Assembly (NCBI GenBank): GCA_963840935.1
Contig: CAWJAS010000002.1
Span: 71,333 to 135,332 of the forward strand
Source of the DNA: Candidatus Magasanikiibacteriota bacterium
GTDB lineage: Bacteria > Patescibacteriota > Patescibacteriia > Magasanikbacterales > GWA2-37-8
Direction of reading: 5' to 3'
Length of the DNA: 64,000 nucleotides
Position numbers and translations under genes: made by a program
In this document: positions 20,162-30,000 of the stretch, in pieces
Numbering within the stretch: the first letter of the stretch is position 1
Layout of the letters: each line of letters starts with the position of its first letter
The notes under the pieces: model-generated
Databases searched by the model: none
The model's input: the letters and a program-made list of their open reading frames with translations, nothing else
Told to the model about the DNA's origin: nothing

Positions 20162-21082
20162 CTACTTAACAAATCGTTTAATCAAATTTTCAGCTTCGGG
20201 CTCATTTTTTATCCACTTTATATTTTTTTCTTTTTTAAACCATGTCATTTGCCTTTTTGCATATCGCCTGGTATCTCTTTTAATCATTTCTATTGCTTCT
20301 GATAAGGTTAATTCATTACGCAAAAAATAACCGAGTTGTTTATAACCTATTCCGCTCATGGCGGGAAGTGCCCAAGAATAATTTTTTGATAATTTTTTGA
20401 CTTCAACCAAAAGTCCTGATTTGATTTGTTCGTCCACTCGTTCGTTAATTCGCCCATATAATTCTTCTCGTGGCAAATCTAATCCCAATTGTAAAGTTTG
20501 ATAACAAGCCGGCAATTTTTTTTCTTTGGTAATCGCTCCGGCGCCGGATAAGATAACTTCCAAAGCCCGCATAACACGGCGAGGATTTTTTAAATCGATT
20601 CTCTCAGCCAATTCCGGATTATTCCTTTTTAGCATTTTCACAAGTTCAGGCAAACTTTTTTTATTCAATTTTTCCCTCAAAACCAAATCAGGCGCTACGG
20701 CCGGAATATCATAATTTTCCACAATTGCTTTAACATAAAGACCGGTTCCCCCAACAATTATAGGCATCTTGCCTCGCTTCAAAATATCATCAATCGCTAT
20801 AAAAGCTATTTCTTTATAGTGAGCAAGAGTAAACTCCTGGTCTGGCAAAATAATATCAATCAAATGATGCCTTACACCGGCGACAAAATAATCCTTCTTT
20901 TTTTTGTCTTTGATGGGCTTCGCGGTGCCGATATTCATTTCTTTATAAACTTGCCTTGAATCGGCGTTAATAATTTCTCCATTGAATTTTTTTGCCAAAC
21001 TCAAAGAAAGGGACGTTTTCCCCGATGCTGTCGGCCCGACAATGGCGATAATTTTTGGCAATTTATTCATACTATTTAACAA
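20162..21082 (-). CDS. miaA: tRNA dimethylallyltransferase
   Basis: 306 aa. N-terminal P-loop AIVGPTASGKTSLSLSLAKKFNGEIINADSRQVYKEMNIGTAKP, characteristic of MiaA. Confidence 0.9.
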   Translation of the reverse strand: MLNSMNKLPKIIAIVGPTASGKTSLSLSLAKKFNGEIINADSRQVYKEMNIGTAKPIKDKKKKDYFVAGVRHHLIDIILPDQEFTLAHYKEIAFIAIDDILKRGKMPIIVGGTGLYVKAIVENYDIPAVAPDLVLREKLNKKSLPELVKMLKRNNPELAERIDLKNPRRVMRALEVILSGAGAITKEKKLPACYQTLQLGLDLPREELYGRINERVDEQIKSGLLVEVKKLSKNYSWALPAMSGIGYKQLGYFLRNELTLSEAIEMIKRDTRRYAKRQMTWFKKEKNIKWIKNEPEAENLIKRFVK

Positions 21083-22412
21083 TCTCCCCTTTCAAAAGCC
21101 ATTCATAGGCTTCGAATATTTTTACATTAATAATCTGACCGATCAAATCAGGCGACCCTATAAATTGAATAAGTTTCAACTCAGAAGAATTGCCGGAACA
21201 AATACTATTATTGCACGATTCCACGATAACTTCGACTTCCTGCCCGATATATTTTTTATTTTTTTTATAGGTTATTTTTTCCATTAATTCCTGCAATCGA
21301 TGCCAACGATTTTTCTTCACGGCAATTTCAACATCATCTTTGCACGTATCGAAGGCCATTGTTCCGGATCTTTTACTATAAATCGCCGAATAGGCAATAT
21401 CAAAATCGCATTTTTTATAAAATTCCAAAGTATTGTTAAATTGCTTTTCTGTCTCTCCGCAAAAACCGACTATTAAATCTGTACCAATCGCAATGTCCGG
21501 AATAATTCGACGAATTTTTTTAATCAAATTAATGTAGTATTCACTGTCATAACCGCGATTCATTTTTTTGAGTATTTCATCGTCCCCACTTTGCGCCGGC
21601 AAATGCAAATAATTAATTTGTTTTGGCAATGTTAACGCTTCAATCTGGTAATCGTTAAAATACTTTGGATGGGGCGCGGTAAAATTGATTCTTTTTATTT
21701 CTTCAATTTGATTTAATTCCCATAAAAGTCCCGCAAAGTCGTCTTTTTTAAAAAACGGATTTTTGGCCGAAAAATTTTGCGAATCCGGAGCGATATAATG
21801 GTTAACCACTTGGCCGAGCAAAGTTATTTCCAACCCCCCATCTTTGGCAAAATTTTTTACTTCGTTAATTATATCTTTAATCGACCTGTTTCTCTCGCGC
21901 CCTCTGGCGTGGGGAACCACGCAATATGAACAAAAATTATTGCACCCTGTTTGAATCGAAATAAAAGCCTGCTTGCTATTTTTTCTTTCAGGGTTAATTT
22001 CTAAATAATCGCAAACATTCGCTTTAATTTTTTTATTAGACAAAAAAATATTTGGATTTAACTCTTTTATCCATTCAGGAAAACGCAATAATTCATCTAT
22101 CCCAAAAAATAAATCAACTCCCTTTAATCTTTTTTTTATGGCGCCGGTTTTATCACGTCCGGGCATACAGCCGGTAACTGCTATTATAACTTCTGGATTT
22201 TTTTCTTTTAAATTACGCCAATTTTTTATTATACCAAAGACCCTGTCTTCTGCCGATTGGCGTACCGAACAAGTATTGATAATTAACACATCGGCTCCTT
22301 CCGGTTTTTTTGATTCTTTTAGCCCATACGAATTCAAAAGACCGGCGATACGCTCGGAATCGTTTTTATTCATCTGACATCCGTATGTTTGAATATAATA
22401 TTTCGGGGTCAT
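21072..22412 (-). CDS. miaB: tRNA-2-methylthio-N6-dimethylallyladenosine synthase (radical-SAM methylthiotransferase)
   Basis: 446 aa. MTTase N-terminus YIQTYGCQMNKNDSE, radical-SAM CxxxCxxC (CNNFCSYC) and a C-terminal TRAM-like region. It overlaps miaA by 11 bp, so the two form an operon. Confidence 0.85.
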   Translation of the reverse strand: MTPKYYIQTYGCQMNKNDSERIAGLLNSYGLKESKKPEGADVLIINTCSVRQSAEDRVFGIIKNWRNLKEKNPEVIIAVTGCMPGRDKTGAIKKRLKGVDLFFGIDELLRFPEWIKELNPNIFLSNKKIKANVCDYLEINPERKNSKQAFISIQTGCNNFCSYCVVPHARGRERNRSIKDIINEVKNFAKDGGLEITLLGQVVNHYIAPDSQNFSAKNPFFKKDDFAGLLWELNQIEEIKRINFTAPHPKYFNDYQIEALTLPKQINYLHLPAQSGDDEILKKMNRGYDSEYYINLIKKIRRIIPDIAIGTDLIVGFCGETEKQFNNTLEFYKKCDFDIAYSAIYSKRSGTMAFDTCKDDVEIAVKKNRWHRLQELMEKITYKKNKKYIGQEVEVIVESCNNSICSGNSSELKLIQFIGSPDLIGQIINVKIFEAYEWLLKGEIVK

Positions 22413-22465
22413 AATCTATATTTGATTATTTATTCTAATGGCAAACCGTTTTTTTGACAAGGTTT

Positions 22466-22510
22466 AAAAAATAAAAAAGGCGTCTAGCAAGCCCATGCTT
22501 GTTAGACGCC
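22466..22510 (-). terminator. Rho-independent terminator (minus strand) for the 144-aa gene
   Basis: Minus-strand hairpin ggcgtctaacaagc-atgg-gcttgctagacgcc followed by ttttttatttttt. It lies 12 nt after the stop at 22522. Confidence 0.75.
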
Positions 22511-22521
22511 AAATGGAAAGG

Positions 22522-22956
22522 CTAACGGAAGGTGTATAGCGCGCGGCCTCGTCTACGAATCTCTCGTTTGTTCAAAACGATTTTATCGCCGGAATTCTTG
22601 TTCTGGGTGAGGAATGTGACAAGAATTACTTGGCGGAAATTTCCATTTTTTTCCTGTCTCTTTTGGAGACTGATTGTATTCGGGAAAGTGACTGTGGCAA
22701 AAAATTCACCAAGCCAAATATCCTGAACAACCCCGAACAAACTCAAACCCCAAGCGGGATTTGTTTTGACGCGACGCACCAGATCCTCGTTCTTGCTACC
22801 ATCGTAGTGAACAACGAGAACATGGTCTTTGTGCTCCAGATGGAGGATGGGGAGATTATCCACTATAGTGTGGTATTCCTCCCCTTCAAAACGCCTCTGC
22901 TCGGCAGTTCTCTCGCGATAATCCGCCAAACTGATGGTGGTTGATGTTGCGCTCAT
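22522..22956 (-). CDS. Hypothetical protein (144 aa) with elevated GC relative to the genome
   Basis: The minus ORF is preferred over the overlapping plus ORF 22630..22944. Its stop is followed by a good minus-strand terminator, and it sits in a two-gene minus-strand unit with the 166-aa gene. About 47% GC and G/C-ending codons. Confidence 0.45.
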   Translation of the reverse strand: MSATSTTISLADYRERTAEQRRFEGEEYHTIVDNLPILHLEHKDHVLVVHYDGSKNEDLVRRVKTNPAWGLSLFGVVQDIWLGEFFATVTFPNTISLQKRQEKNGNFRQVILVTFLTQNKNSGDKIVLNKREIRRRGRALYTFR

Positions 22957-23061
22957 GGTTTTTTCTCTCGGATATTCCGCCGTTGTCTTCTAAAGACAAT
23001 GAAGTGATAATCATGCTTGCGCAGGTTTATCATCCTTCTCTTATTTACGGCGAAAAACCGT

Positions 23062-23562
23062 TTATCTCCTTTCTTCCGTCTTCAGAATAAACCGACATTC
23101 GAACATGCTGGCATTTTCGTCAGTAAGATTGCCATAAAAATCATCTTCAACGGGCTTTCCGTCAATACATTTGCCCGCCCAAGATTCCACTTCAAAATAT
23201 ACTCTGACGACATTGCCGTCACGGATTTCGCTTTTTTCAAATCGCTTAATCACAAACGGAACCCGTCGCTTTGGGAGCATGTTCTGGCAGTAATGCCGGA
23301 AAAAAACCGAGTGAATCTTCTCCCAGAAGCTTTTATCCGCTTCCTGATTGTTCAGATACACGGCGACCGATTTATCATAAGAAAAATCCATGACCAGGTT
23401 GTGCCCACGCCAATACCAAAAAGTAAGGGAGATGGAAGACAAGATTCTACGCGTCAATTCCAACCCCCAAACCATCAAATAAACAACATTCGAGTCATCG
23501 GTGTCGCTGGCATCAGATGCCACACCATTGACGGGACCAAAAAATCCAAGCGCTTTTCCCAT
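23062..23562 (-). CDS. Hypothetical protein (166 aa)
   Basis: A minus-strand consensus promoter plus an AAGGAGG SD lies 8 nt upstream of the ATG. The overlapping plus ORF 23017..23586 looks like low-complexity shadow. Confidence 0.5.
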   Translation of the reverse strand: MGKALGFFGPVNGVASDASDTDDSNVVYLMVWGLELTRRILSSISLTFWYWRGHNLVMDFSYDKSVAVYLNNQEADKSFWEKIHSVFFRHYCQNMLPKRRVPFVIKRFEKSEIRDGNVVRVYFEVESWAGKCIDGKPVEDDFYGNLTDENASMFECRFILKTEERR

Positions 23563-23612
23563 CTGCGCCTCCTTGTTAGCCTTTGAATTGTAAAGGGCAT
23601 TTGCAACTTATT

Positions 23613-23641
23613 AATATAGCAAAAATTCGCTATTTAGTCAA
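23613..23641 (-). promoter_or_regulatory. Sigma70-type promoter (TTGACT-17-TATATT) for the 166-aa/144-aa minus-strand unit
   Basis: The minus strand reads ttgactaaatagcgaatttttgctatatt. Confidence 0.55.
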
Positions 23642-23646
23642 TAGCG

Positions 23647-23675
23647 TTGACAAAATCACTAAAATATGCTATAAT
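23647..23675 (+). promoter_or_regulatory. Perfect consensus sigma70 promoter (TTGACA-17-TATAAT) for the 117-aa gene
   Basis: ttgacaaaatcactaaaatatgctataat. Its -35 is 6 bp from the divergent minus-strand -35. Confidence 0.65.
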
Positions 23676-23703
23676 TACCATATAATTCAATGTTTTCCAT
23701 ATT

Positions 23704-24057
23704 ATGAAGTCATTTAAACCAGAAAATCCGCATGTAAAAAATAATATTGATTCATGGCACGAAGAAGACACTAAACATCTTCATGGTTTAGGTATACAAA
23801 ATGAAAGCGCTCCAATAACTAATCAAGAAATAGATAAAATAAGACGGCAAGAAATAGCTCTTAAGGAAATGCAAGAAGCCCAAAAAACAATTGATAGAGT
23901 TAACGCCGAACTTAATGACCAAGCCACTTTTGAAAAAGAAATTGATAATAGATTTAATGAGTTACAAGAAACCGAAGAGCAACGCAAAACGCGCTTTGCC
24001 AAGGAAGGCAAAGGTCAGATAATTGAACTTCCTCCGGAAATTAAAAAGGTCGGTTAA
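23704..24057 (+). CDS. Small charged, coiled-coil-like hypothetical protein (117 aa)
   Basis: An ORF downstream of the consensus promoter. Highly charged (E/K/Q-rich) with no recognisable domain. Confidence 0.45.
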   Translation: MKSFKPENPHVKNNIDSWHEEDTKHLHGLGIQNESAPITNQEIDKIRRQEIALKEMQEAQKTIDRVNAELNDQATFEKEIDNRFNELQETEEQRKTRFAKEGKGQIIELPPEIKKVG

Positions 24058-24156
24058 TAATTAATTATAATTATATGGCGAAAACCGGCAGAGAAGGGAA
24101 TACACCAAAACAATTCAGATTTGATAATAATGAAATTAGCATTATTAATATAATAT

Positions 24157-24190
24157 AAAATCACTCCGTTTTAGGAGTGATTTTATATTT
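24157..24190. terminator. Bidirectional Rho-independent terminator
   Basis: aaaatcactcc-gtttta-ggagtgatttt flanked by A- and T-runs, between convergent genes. Confidence 0.65.
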
Positions 24191-24213
24191 GCGTAATTTC
24201 GGAGCGTAAAATT

Positions 24214-25971
24214 TTATTTTCTCTCTTCGATCTCTATAATTAATTTTTTCACGAAGTCATCTTTACTCATTTTCTCTTGTTTTTCTTGACCGCGAATTCT
24301 GATCATCAAATCCCCTCCTTCAACTTCCTTATCACCGACAACCACAATATATGGAATTTTTTCCGCCACCGCTTTTCGCACGCGATTGCCAAGTGTTTCA
24401 TTGTCGGCGTCCACATCAACGCGAATATTTCTAGTGATAAATTCTTCCGCTATTTTTTGGGCGAACTCGGCGTGCTTTTCTGAAACCGGAATAAAGCGAA
24501 CCTGAATTGGCATGAGCCAAGCCGGAAAAGCGCCGGCATAGTGTTCAATCAATACTCCCAAAAATCTTTCCAAAGAACCATATATCGTTCTGTGAATCAT
24601 TACCGGACGTTTTTCTTGTCCGTCGCTATCAATATAATTCAAATCAAACCGCTCCGGCAAATTCATGTCCAATTGAATCGTGCCACACTGCCATGTTCGT
24701 CCGATGGCATCTTTTATTTTTAAATCAATTTTTGGCCCATAAAACGCGCCGTCGCCCTCATTGATTTCGTAATCCTTACCCGAAGCGTCAAGAGCCGATT
24801 TTAGACCATTTGTCGCCGACTCCCAAGCTTCATCTGTGCCCACGGACTTTTCCGGCCGAGTAGATAATTCCAAAGAATATGAAAGGCCAAAAGTACCATA
24901 AATTTTATCCACCAACTTAAGCAAATCCAAAATTTCATCCTTAATTTGCTCCGGACGCATATATATATGAGCGTCGTCCTGGTGGAAGGAGCGAACCCTA
25001 AATAATCCGGAAAGTACGCCCGATAATTCGTGGCGATGCACAAGACCGATTTCTCCCCATCGTATCGGCAATTCTTTGTACGAGTGGATATCTTCCTTGT
25101 ACATAAGCATGCCACCGGGACAATTCATCGGCTTAATAGCGTATTCGGTTTCATCAATTAATGTTTCATACATATTTTCACGGTAATTTTCCCAATGCCC
25201 CGATGTTTCCCATAATTTTCGACTAAGCATAATTGGGGTTTTTATTTCCTCATAACCGGCCCGCGTGTGGGTTTCACGCCAAAAATTCAAAAGTTCATTC
25301 CAAATAATCATTCCTTTCGGTTTGAGAAAAGCAAAACCAGGTCCTTCTTCGTGAAACGACACAAGACCGAGTTCTTTACCAATTTTGCGATGGTCGCGTT
25401 TTTCCGCTTCTTCAAGCATGGTCAAATATTCATCAAGTTCTTTTTGTTTGGCAAAACAAACTCCGTAAATTCTTTGCAATTGTGGGTTTTCGCTTTTACC
25501 GCGCCAATAAGCGCCGGCTAATTTTGTCAGCTTAAAAGCACCGATTTCTTTAGTTGATTTCAAATGCGGGCCACGACACAAATCCACAAAATCTCCAGTT
25601 TGATAGACAGTCACAGTATCACCCGATAATTCTTCGCCAGCATCCTCGCCGATTTTTGTGGTGCCTTTAGTTTTGAGGTCGTTTAAAAGTTCAACTTTGT
25701 AATCCTGTTTCAATTTTTCAAAAAATTCTATTGCTTCATCAATCTGCATTTCTTTTTTTTCAAACCTTAAATCCTTTTTCATTAATTCTTTGGCTTTTAT
25801 TTCAATATTTTGAAGTTCGTCTTCGCTAATTGGTTCGCCAAAATCAATATCATAATAAAAGCCGTTTTCAATATCCGGACCAATACCGAATTTGGCATTT
25901 GGATACAACTCATTTACAGCTGAAGCCACCAAGTGGGCGCATGAATGGAGCATTGTTTTTATGTCTGGCAT
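24214..25971 (-). CDS. thrS: Threonyl-tRNA synthetase (lacks the long N-terminal TGS extension)
   Basis: 585 aa. Class II aaRS core with ThrRS-specific blocks (FYYDIDFGEPISEDEL, HRTIYGSLERFLGVLIEHYAGAFPAWL) and an anticodon-binding C-terminus. Confidence 0.9.
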   Translation of the reverse strand: MPDIKTMLHSCAHLVASAVNELYPNAKFGIGPDIENGFYYDIDFGEPISEDELQNIEIKAKELMKKDLRFEKKEMQIDEAIEFFEKLKQDYKVELLNDLKTKGTTKIGEDAGEELSGDTVTVYQTGDFVDLCRGPHLKSTKEIGAFKLTKLAGAYWRGKSENPQLQRIYGVCFAKQKELDEYLTMLEEAEKRDHRKIGKELGLVSFHEEGPGFAFLKPKGMIIWNELLNFWRETHTRAGYEEIKTPIMLSRKLWETSGHWENYRENMYETLIDETEYAIKPMNCPGGMLMYKEDIHSYKELPIRWGEIGLVHRHELSGVLSGLFRVRSFHQDDAHIYMRPEQIKDEILDLLKLVDKIYGTFGLSYSLELSTRPEKSVGTDEAWESATNGLKSALDASGKDYEINEGDGAFYGPKIDLKIKDAIGRTWQCGTIQLDMNLPERFDLNYIDSDGQEKRPVMIHRTIYGSLERFLGVLIEHYAGAFPAWLMPIQVRFIPVSEKHAEFAQKIAEEFITRNIRVDVDADNETLGNRVRKAVAEKIPYIVVVGDKEVEGGDLMIRIRGQEKQEKMSKDDFVKKLIIEIEERK

Positions 25972-26201
25972 ATGTTTTATTATTAGTTATTATTAAAAAT
26001 TAAAAATTCTTAAATTTTGGATGTTATTAAAAAAACCCCAATACACCCATTGTGTATCGGGGTCGTGTAATTATTACAGCGACGGTTCCACCCGAAGTTT
26101 CGCTTTTATTTGTGAATTTGTAGCCATTATAAGGGTGGTACCATACTCAACCCCGACGCTCCGGTCGGGGCAAGCTGGGCTGGTCCTCATTCAAACACGG
26201 C
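25972..26201 (-). promoter_or_regulatory. thrS leader RNA with intrinsic terminator, probably a T-box riboswitch
   Basis: The minus-strand leader contains CUUCGGGUGGAACCGUCG (T-box-like GGGUGGNACC, plus 26084..26093) immediately before the terminator hairpin ccccgatacac-aatgg-gtgtattgggg and U7 (plus 26029..26062). ThrRS genes are classically T-box regulated. The specifier codon was not mapped. Confidence 0.5.
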
Positions 26202-26207
26202 ATTAAA

Positions 26208-26236
26208 AATATACAATTTTTAAATTTTTTTGTCAA
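26208..26236 (-). promoter_or_regulatory. Sigma70-type promoter for the thrS leader (TTGACA-17-TATATT on minus strand)
   Basis: The minus strand reads ttgacaaaaaaatttaaaaattgtatatt. Confidence 0.5.
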
Positions 26237-26733
26237 TTCACTTCCCCTTCGTAACCGACCGGCGGAACTTCGGTTTCTTCATTCAAAAATATCGGCCCCA
26301 CATTCACCAAAATATTATTTTCTTCATCATAAATAATTGCTTTCTTTGCTTGCATATATATTATCACTCTATTTCCGTTTTTGGCGTCAATGTAGAACGA
26401 TTGCTCTTGCTTCAAAGCTTCGGCATCTGTAATTGTGGCGACGGTCGGTTCTTCATTTTGGGGTAAAACGATTAACTTGCCGACTTTTTCCAATAAAGCG
26501 CTAACTTCTTTTTGAGCAATCGCTTTTTGGCCTTCAGCCGATGTAACCACTTCAAGCTGTTTTTTGGTTTCCATGTATTTTTTGAACATCAAACCAAAAC
26601 CAGTCGTCGCCAATATAGCAACCAGAATTAATAAAAGCAAACCCATATTTGATCTATGATGCGAATCCTTTTTGACTATATCACTTTTGGGTTCTTCCTG
26701 TCGACTAAAATTCGTAACTTTTTGAATTGGCAT
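26233..26733 (-). CDS. Small membrane-anchored hypothetical protein (166 aa), immediately downstream of the giant gene and co-oriented with it
   Basis: ORF with one TM helix (GLLLLILVAILATTGFGLMF). It lies 23 bp after the giant ORF stop. Confidence 0.5.
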   Translation of the reverse strand: MPIQKVTNFSRQEEPKSDIVKKDSHHRSNMGLLLLILVAILATTGFGLMFKKYMETKKQLEVVTSAEGQKAIAQKEVSALLEKVGKLIVLPQNEEPTVATITDAEALKQEQSFYIDAKNGNRVIIYMQAKKAIIYDEENNILVNVGPIFLNEETEVPPVGYEGEVN

Positions 26734-26756
26734 AGTTATTTAAATAAATTTTTTTA

Positions 26757-27096
26757 TTATTCAATTGGTGGTTCAGCTGGCGGTTCGGCAACCGGTTCTT
26801 CAGCCGGCGTTGGTTCCTCGACAACCGGCTCTTCCTCGACGACCGGTTCTTCGACAACAGGTTCCTCGACAACCGGCTCCTCTGTTGGCGCGGGTTCCTC
26901 GGATATTGGATCTTCAACCACTGGCTCTTCTGTAATCGGCGACTCTTCTGTCACAGGTTCTTCGACAATCGGTTCGTCCTCTGTCGCCGGTTCCTCTATC
27001 GGTGTCGGTTCTTCGACAACAGGTTCCTCGACAACCGGCTCTTCCGAAGAGGGCTCTTCAATCACCGGTTCTTCCGGAACCGGTTCAGGAACATAG
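26757..27096 (-). repeat. Tandem coding repeat (Pro/Glu/Val-rich EEPVV units) at the 3' end of the giant gene
   Basis: Periodic ggttcttc / gacaaccggctc nucleotide repeats encode ...EEPVVEEPVVEEPTPIEEP.... They generate the Gly/Ser-rich shadow ORF 26656..27096 on the plus strand. Confidence 0.7.
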
Positions 27097-30000
27097 TCAA
27101 TTTGAAGTCCGATCAGATTAACCGTACCGTCAGAAACAAACACTTTTGAATCCGTGCTTGCGCCAATAGCCTGCCAATTAAATAGAACATCAACGGACTG
27201 AATTTCACTTAACATAATCTTAAAGCCCGATGTGCTAACTTCCGATAATTTCCACTTTCCATCAAAATCAATCGGAGTAATGTTAATTATCGGGGCAATT
27301 TCGTACGGTTCGGCAAATATCACGGTTGTGGAAGCATGCCCGGCCAAAATCATACCTTGTCCAACCGTATCTTCACCAAAAGTAACATGTTTTTTGGCCG
27401 TCAAAGTACCATTGAAAATAGCAGAATCATAAATAACAAGAATGTTCGCCGTCAAACTTTCAAAAACTTCATCGATTAATTGCAGGCCAGCGCTTGAAGA
27501 AGCCAACTCACTTAATCGCAAATCAAAATCAGTCATCATGTTAGACAGGTCGACAATTGATTGGTCGGCCAAAATATCATTATTTTCCAAAATCGATACT
27601 CGACCACTCAATTCGTCAAGCATGGCTTGAGTTTCTGATAACGAAACATCCAAAACATCCACCGAATCAGTAATTAATTCAAAATCATCAGTAATATTTG
27701 TGTCAAATTCTTCTAAAATGGCGACTCGTTCTTCAATTGTTAATTCTTCTTCAACCTCTTCCTCTTCTTCAAATACTAAGGCAGGCGGACCTAATGGTTC
27801 CGAGGAATCATCTTGCCAAACACGCCAATAATCAATATCCAAATAATGCAAGGCAGTTGAATAGTTCATCAACAAGGCGGTCAATCCGACTGTCGGAACG
27901 TTGGTAGTTGATTCTCCGCAATATGTCCAATCAATGCCATTTGAAGTGTCGTTGTCAACATAAAATTTCACCGAACCGGTTCCGTCGCCATTGGACGATA
28001 CAACTTCAATTTTTGTCACTGCAAACACCGTATTATTAACAGTTTGACCGGTACATTCAACATTGGTTGAAGCGCCGGCTCTTCTGGTAACACCTCGCCA
28101 ATCGCCTGTGGCGGTGTTGTTGGTAAAATAAATACCATTTGTCGGGTCGGTGGTTTGCGCTTGCGCTCTGTCGCCAATTCCGACCCAAAAAAGAGCGGTG
28201 GCGGAATCAGCCGAAGGACGAATTTTACTCAAAATTACCGGCAAATTATTGACGTTAAATACGTTATGCGCGGTTGCTAAAGCAGAAGCATAATAGGCTA
28301 AACAACTACTTCCAGCACCCGCTTGTTGCCGGCCAATGCCATTAACTTCATTATTAATATTAGACCATGTGCAAACTGTATTTTCATCGGTTGTGAACTG
28401 TTGAAAGTCACCCCAAGCCCAATTAGTGTCAGCCCCAATATTCGCTCGATTTCTCATAAATTCTTCGCCAAAATAGGCGTTGCGTTGAATCAAGGCGCCG
28501 GTTTCCAAACTCATACCAAAATTTTGTGATAAATTTTTCGCTTCCAATAATGTTTGGCCGGTTGAACTGCTTATAATGCTCGCCATTTCTTCTTTATCAG
28601 AATAAATGGTCAATACTGAATTCGGTGTTGAAGTGCCTATGCCAATATTTCCGCTATTCAACATTGTTAATAAATTATTCCCGCCTCCATTTATTGTATC
28701 GTAAAAAGCTAAACCGGCATCGACAGGAGAATTAACCGCGGTTACATCAAGTGTGTATGCCCCGGTTTCTCCCGCATAATAACTGGTGACTACGATATTA
28801 TAGGTTGAACTGGCGTCATAAACAAAAGCTAAATATGAATTGGTACCCGTACCACCGTCGTCATCAAAATAAGTAACTGTCCCTGTGTCAGATACTACCT
28901 GCAAATACGCGTCAAAAGCCACAGATGTTAATGATACGGTCATGGACGAACCATTTGGAATACCGGGGAATATTGTGGCGATGTTGTATGCATCCATATA
29001 ACGACCGGTTCTGTTCGGATTGTCCGGGTCGGTAATATCCAAAGAACCGTTAATAGAAGTTGATGTTGGCCCAAATGAAGCGGTTGATTTAATCGCGGCC
29101 AAAGAATTCTGATTGTTTATATTATATAAAGTAGCCCATACTCTATTCCAATTACGTTCAAAATTACCCAAATCATAAGCTAAGCTTGAAGCCGGCACAA
29201 CATTTTTCATTGTTGAAGTCCCATTTACAGACAAGGTTGTGGAAGGAGTTTTTGTGCCAATTCCAACAAAACCATCACTTGTGATTCTCATCCTTTCGTT
29301 CGATGCCTGCCAGCCATCGGTCATAAAGACGATGGGGGCTCCGCTTGCTTCATTAATAATATAGGCTCCTCCAGGCGCGACCGCGTCAAACACGGCGCTG
29401 TCCGGCGGGATGCCGGCAAAACCAGGGGTAGTGGATCCATAATAACCGAGTTGCAAAACATTGGTATCACCACCGGCCTTAAGATTAAACAGGGCTACTT
29501 TTGAAGACGATGCTGTTTTTACTTCAGCCGAAACATTATTATCTTCGTCATAAACTCGTAATTTAAAATAATTAGGGTCAGTCGTTCCTATGCCGACATT
29601 ACCAATATTACTAATATACATTCCAGTGGCTGAAGAGCTGGTCATAATATTCAAAAGCGGATAGGTGGATGTGCCGGAAATAGTTAACATGGCGTTTGGA
29701 TTTTCATTGTTAATGCCTACTGTTCCGGTAGCCCCCAAAGTCAAAATATTTGTGAATAGTCCGCTATCATTTACATAATAGAAAATAAACTTATCGTCTT
29801 GTGTCGCATCACGTTTGGATAATTGCCAATATCTATTATTATTCGTGACAAAATTTAAATTAGTAGCGCCGGCAATTGTTTTTTGGAGAATTGTCATTGC
29901 CGGGCCGGAAGTCGCCGTGACTACATGCAATGGCGCGGAAGGAGTTGTCGTACCCATTCCAACCCATCCGCGACTATCAATCGCCATTCTTTCCAAGGCT

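Noticed and set aside
22630-22944. 104-aa plus-strand ORF antisense to the 144-aa gene
   Set aside because: The minus-strand ORF is followed 12 nt later by a strong minus-strand terminator and belongs to a promoter-SD-gene-gene unit. The plus ORF has no RBS.
26132-26142. AGGGTGGTACC on the plus strand, an excellent T-box consensus match
   Set aside because: No plus-strand gene lies downstream. It is the complement of a GGUACCACCCU segment within the minus-strand thrS leader and is reported as part of that finding.
26656-27096. 146-aa Gly/Ser/Thr-rich plus-strand ORF; other plus ORFs inside 27232..37297
   Set aside because: They are reverse-frame shadows of the giant minus-strand ORF. The GS-rich one mirrors its PE-repeat tail.
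26757-27096. Regularly spaced short direct repeats that superficially resemble a CRISPR array
   Set aside because: The units are only ~15 nt, contiguous, and translate in-frame into a PEPV tail. They are a protein-coding tandem repeat rather than a CRISPR array. No repeat-spacer array or cas gene was seen anywhere in the window.
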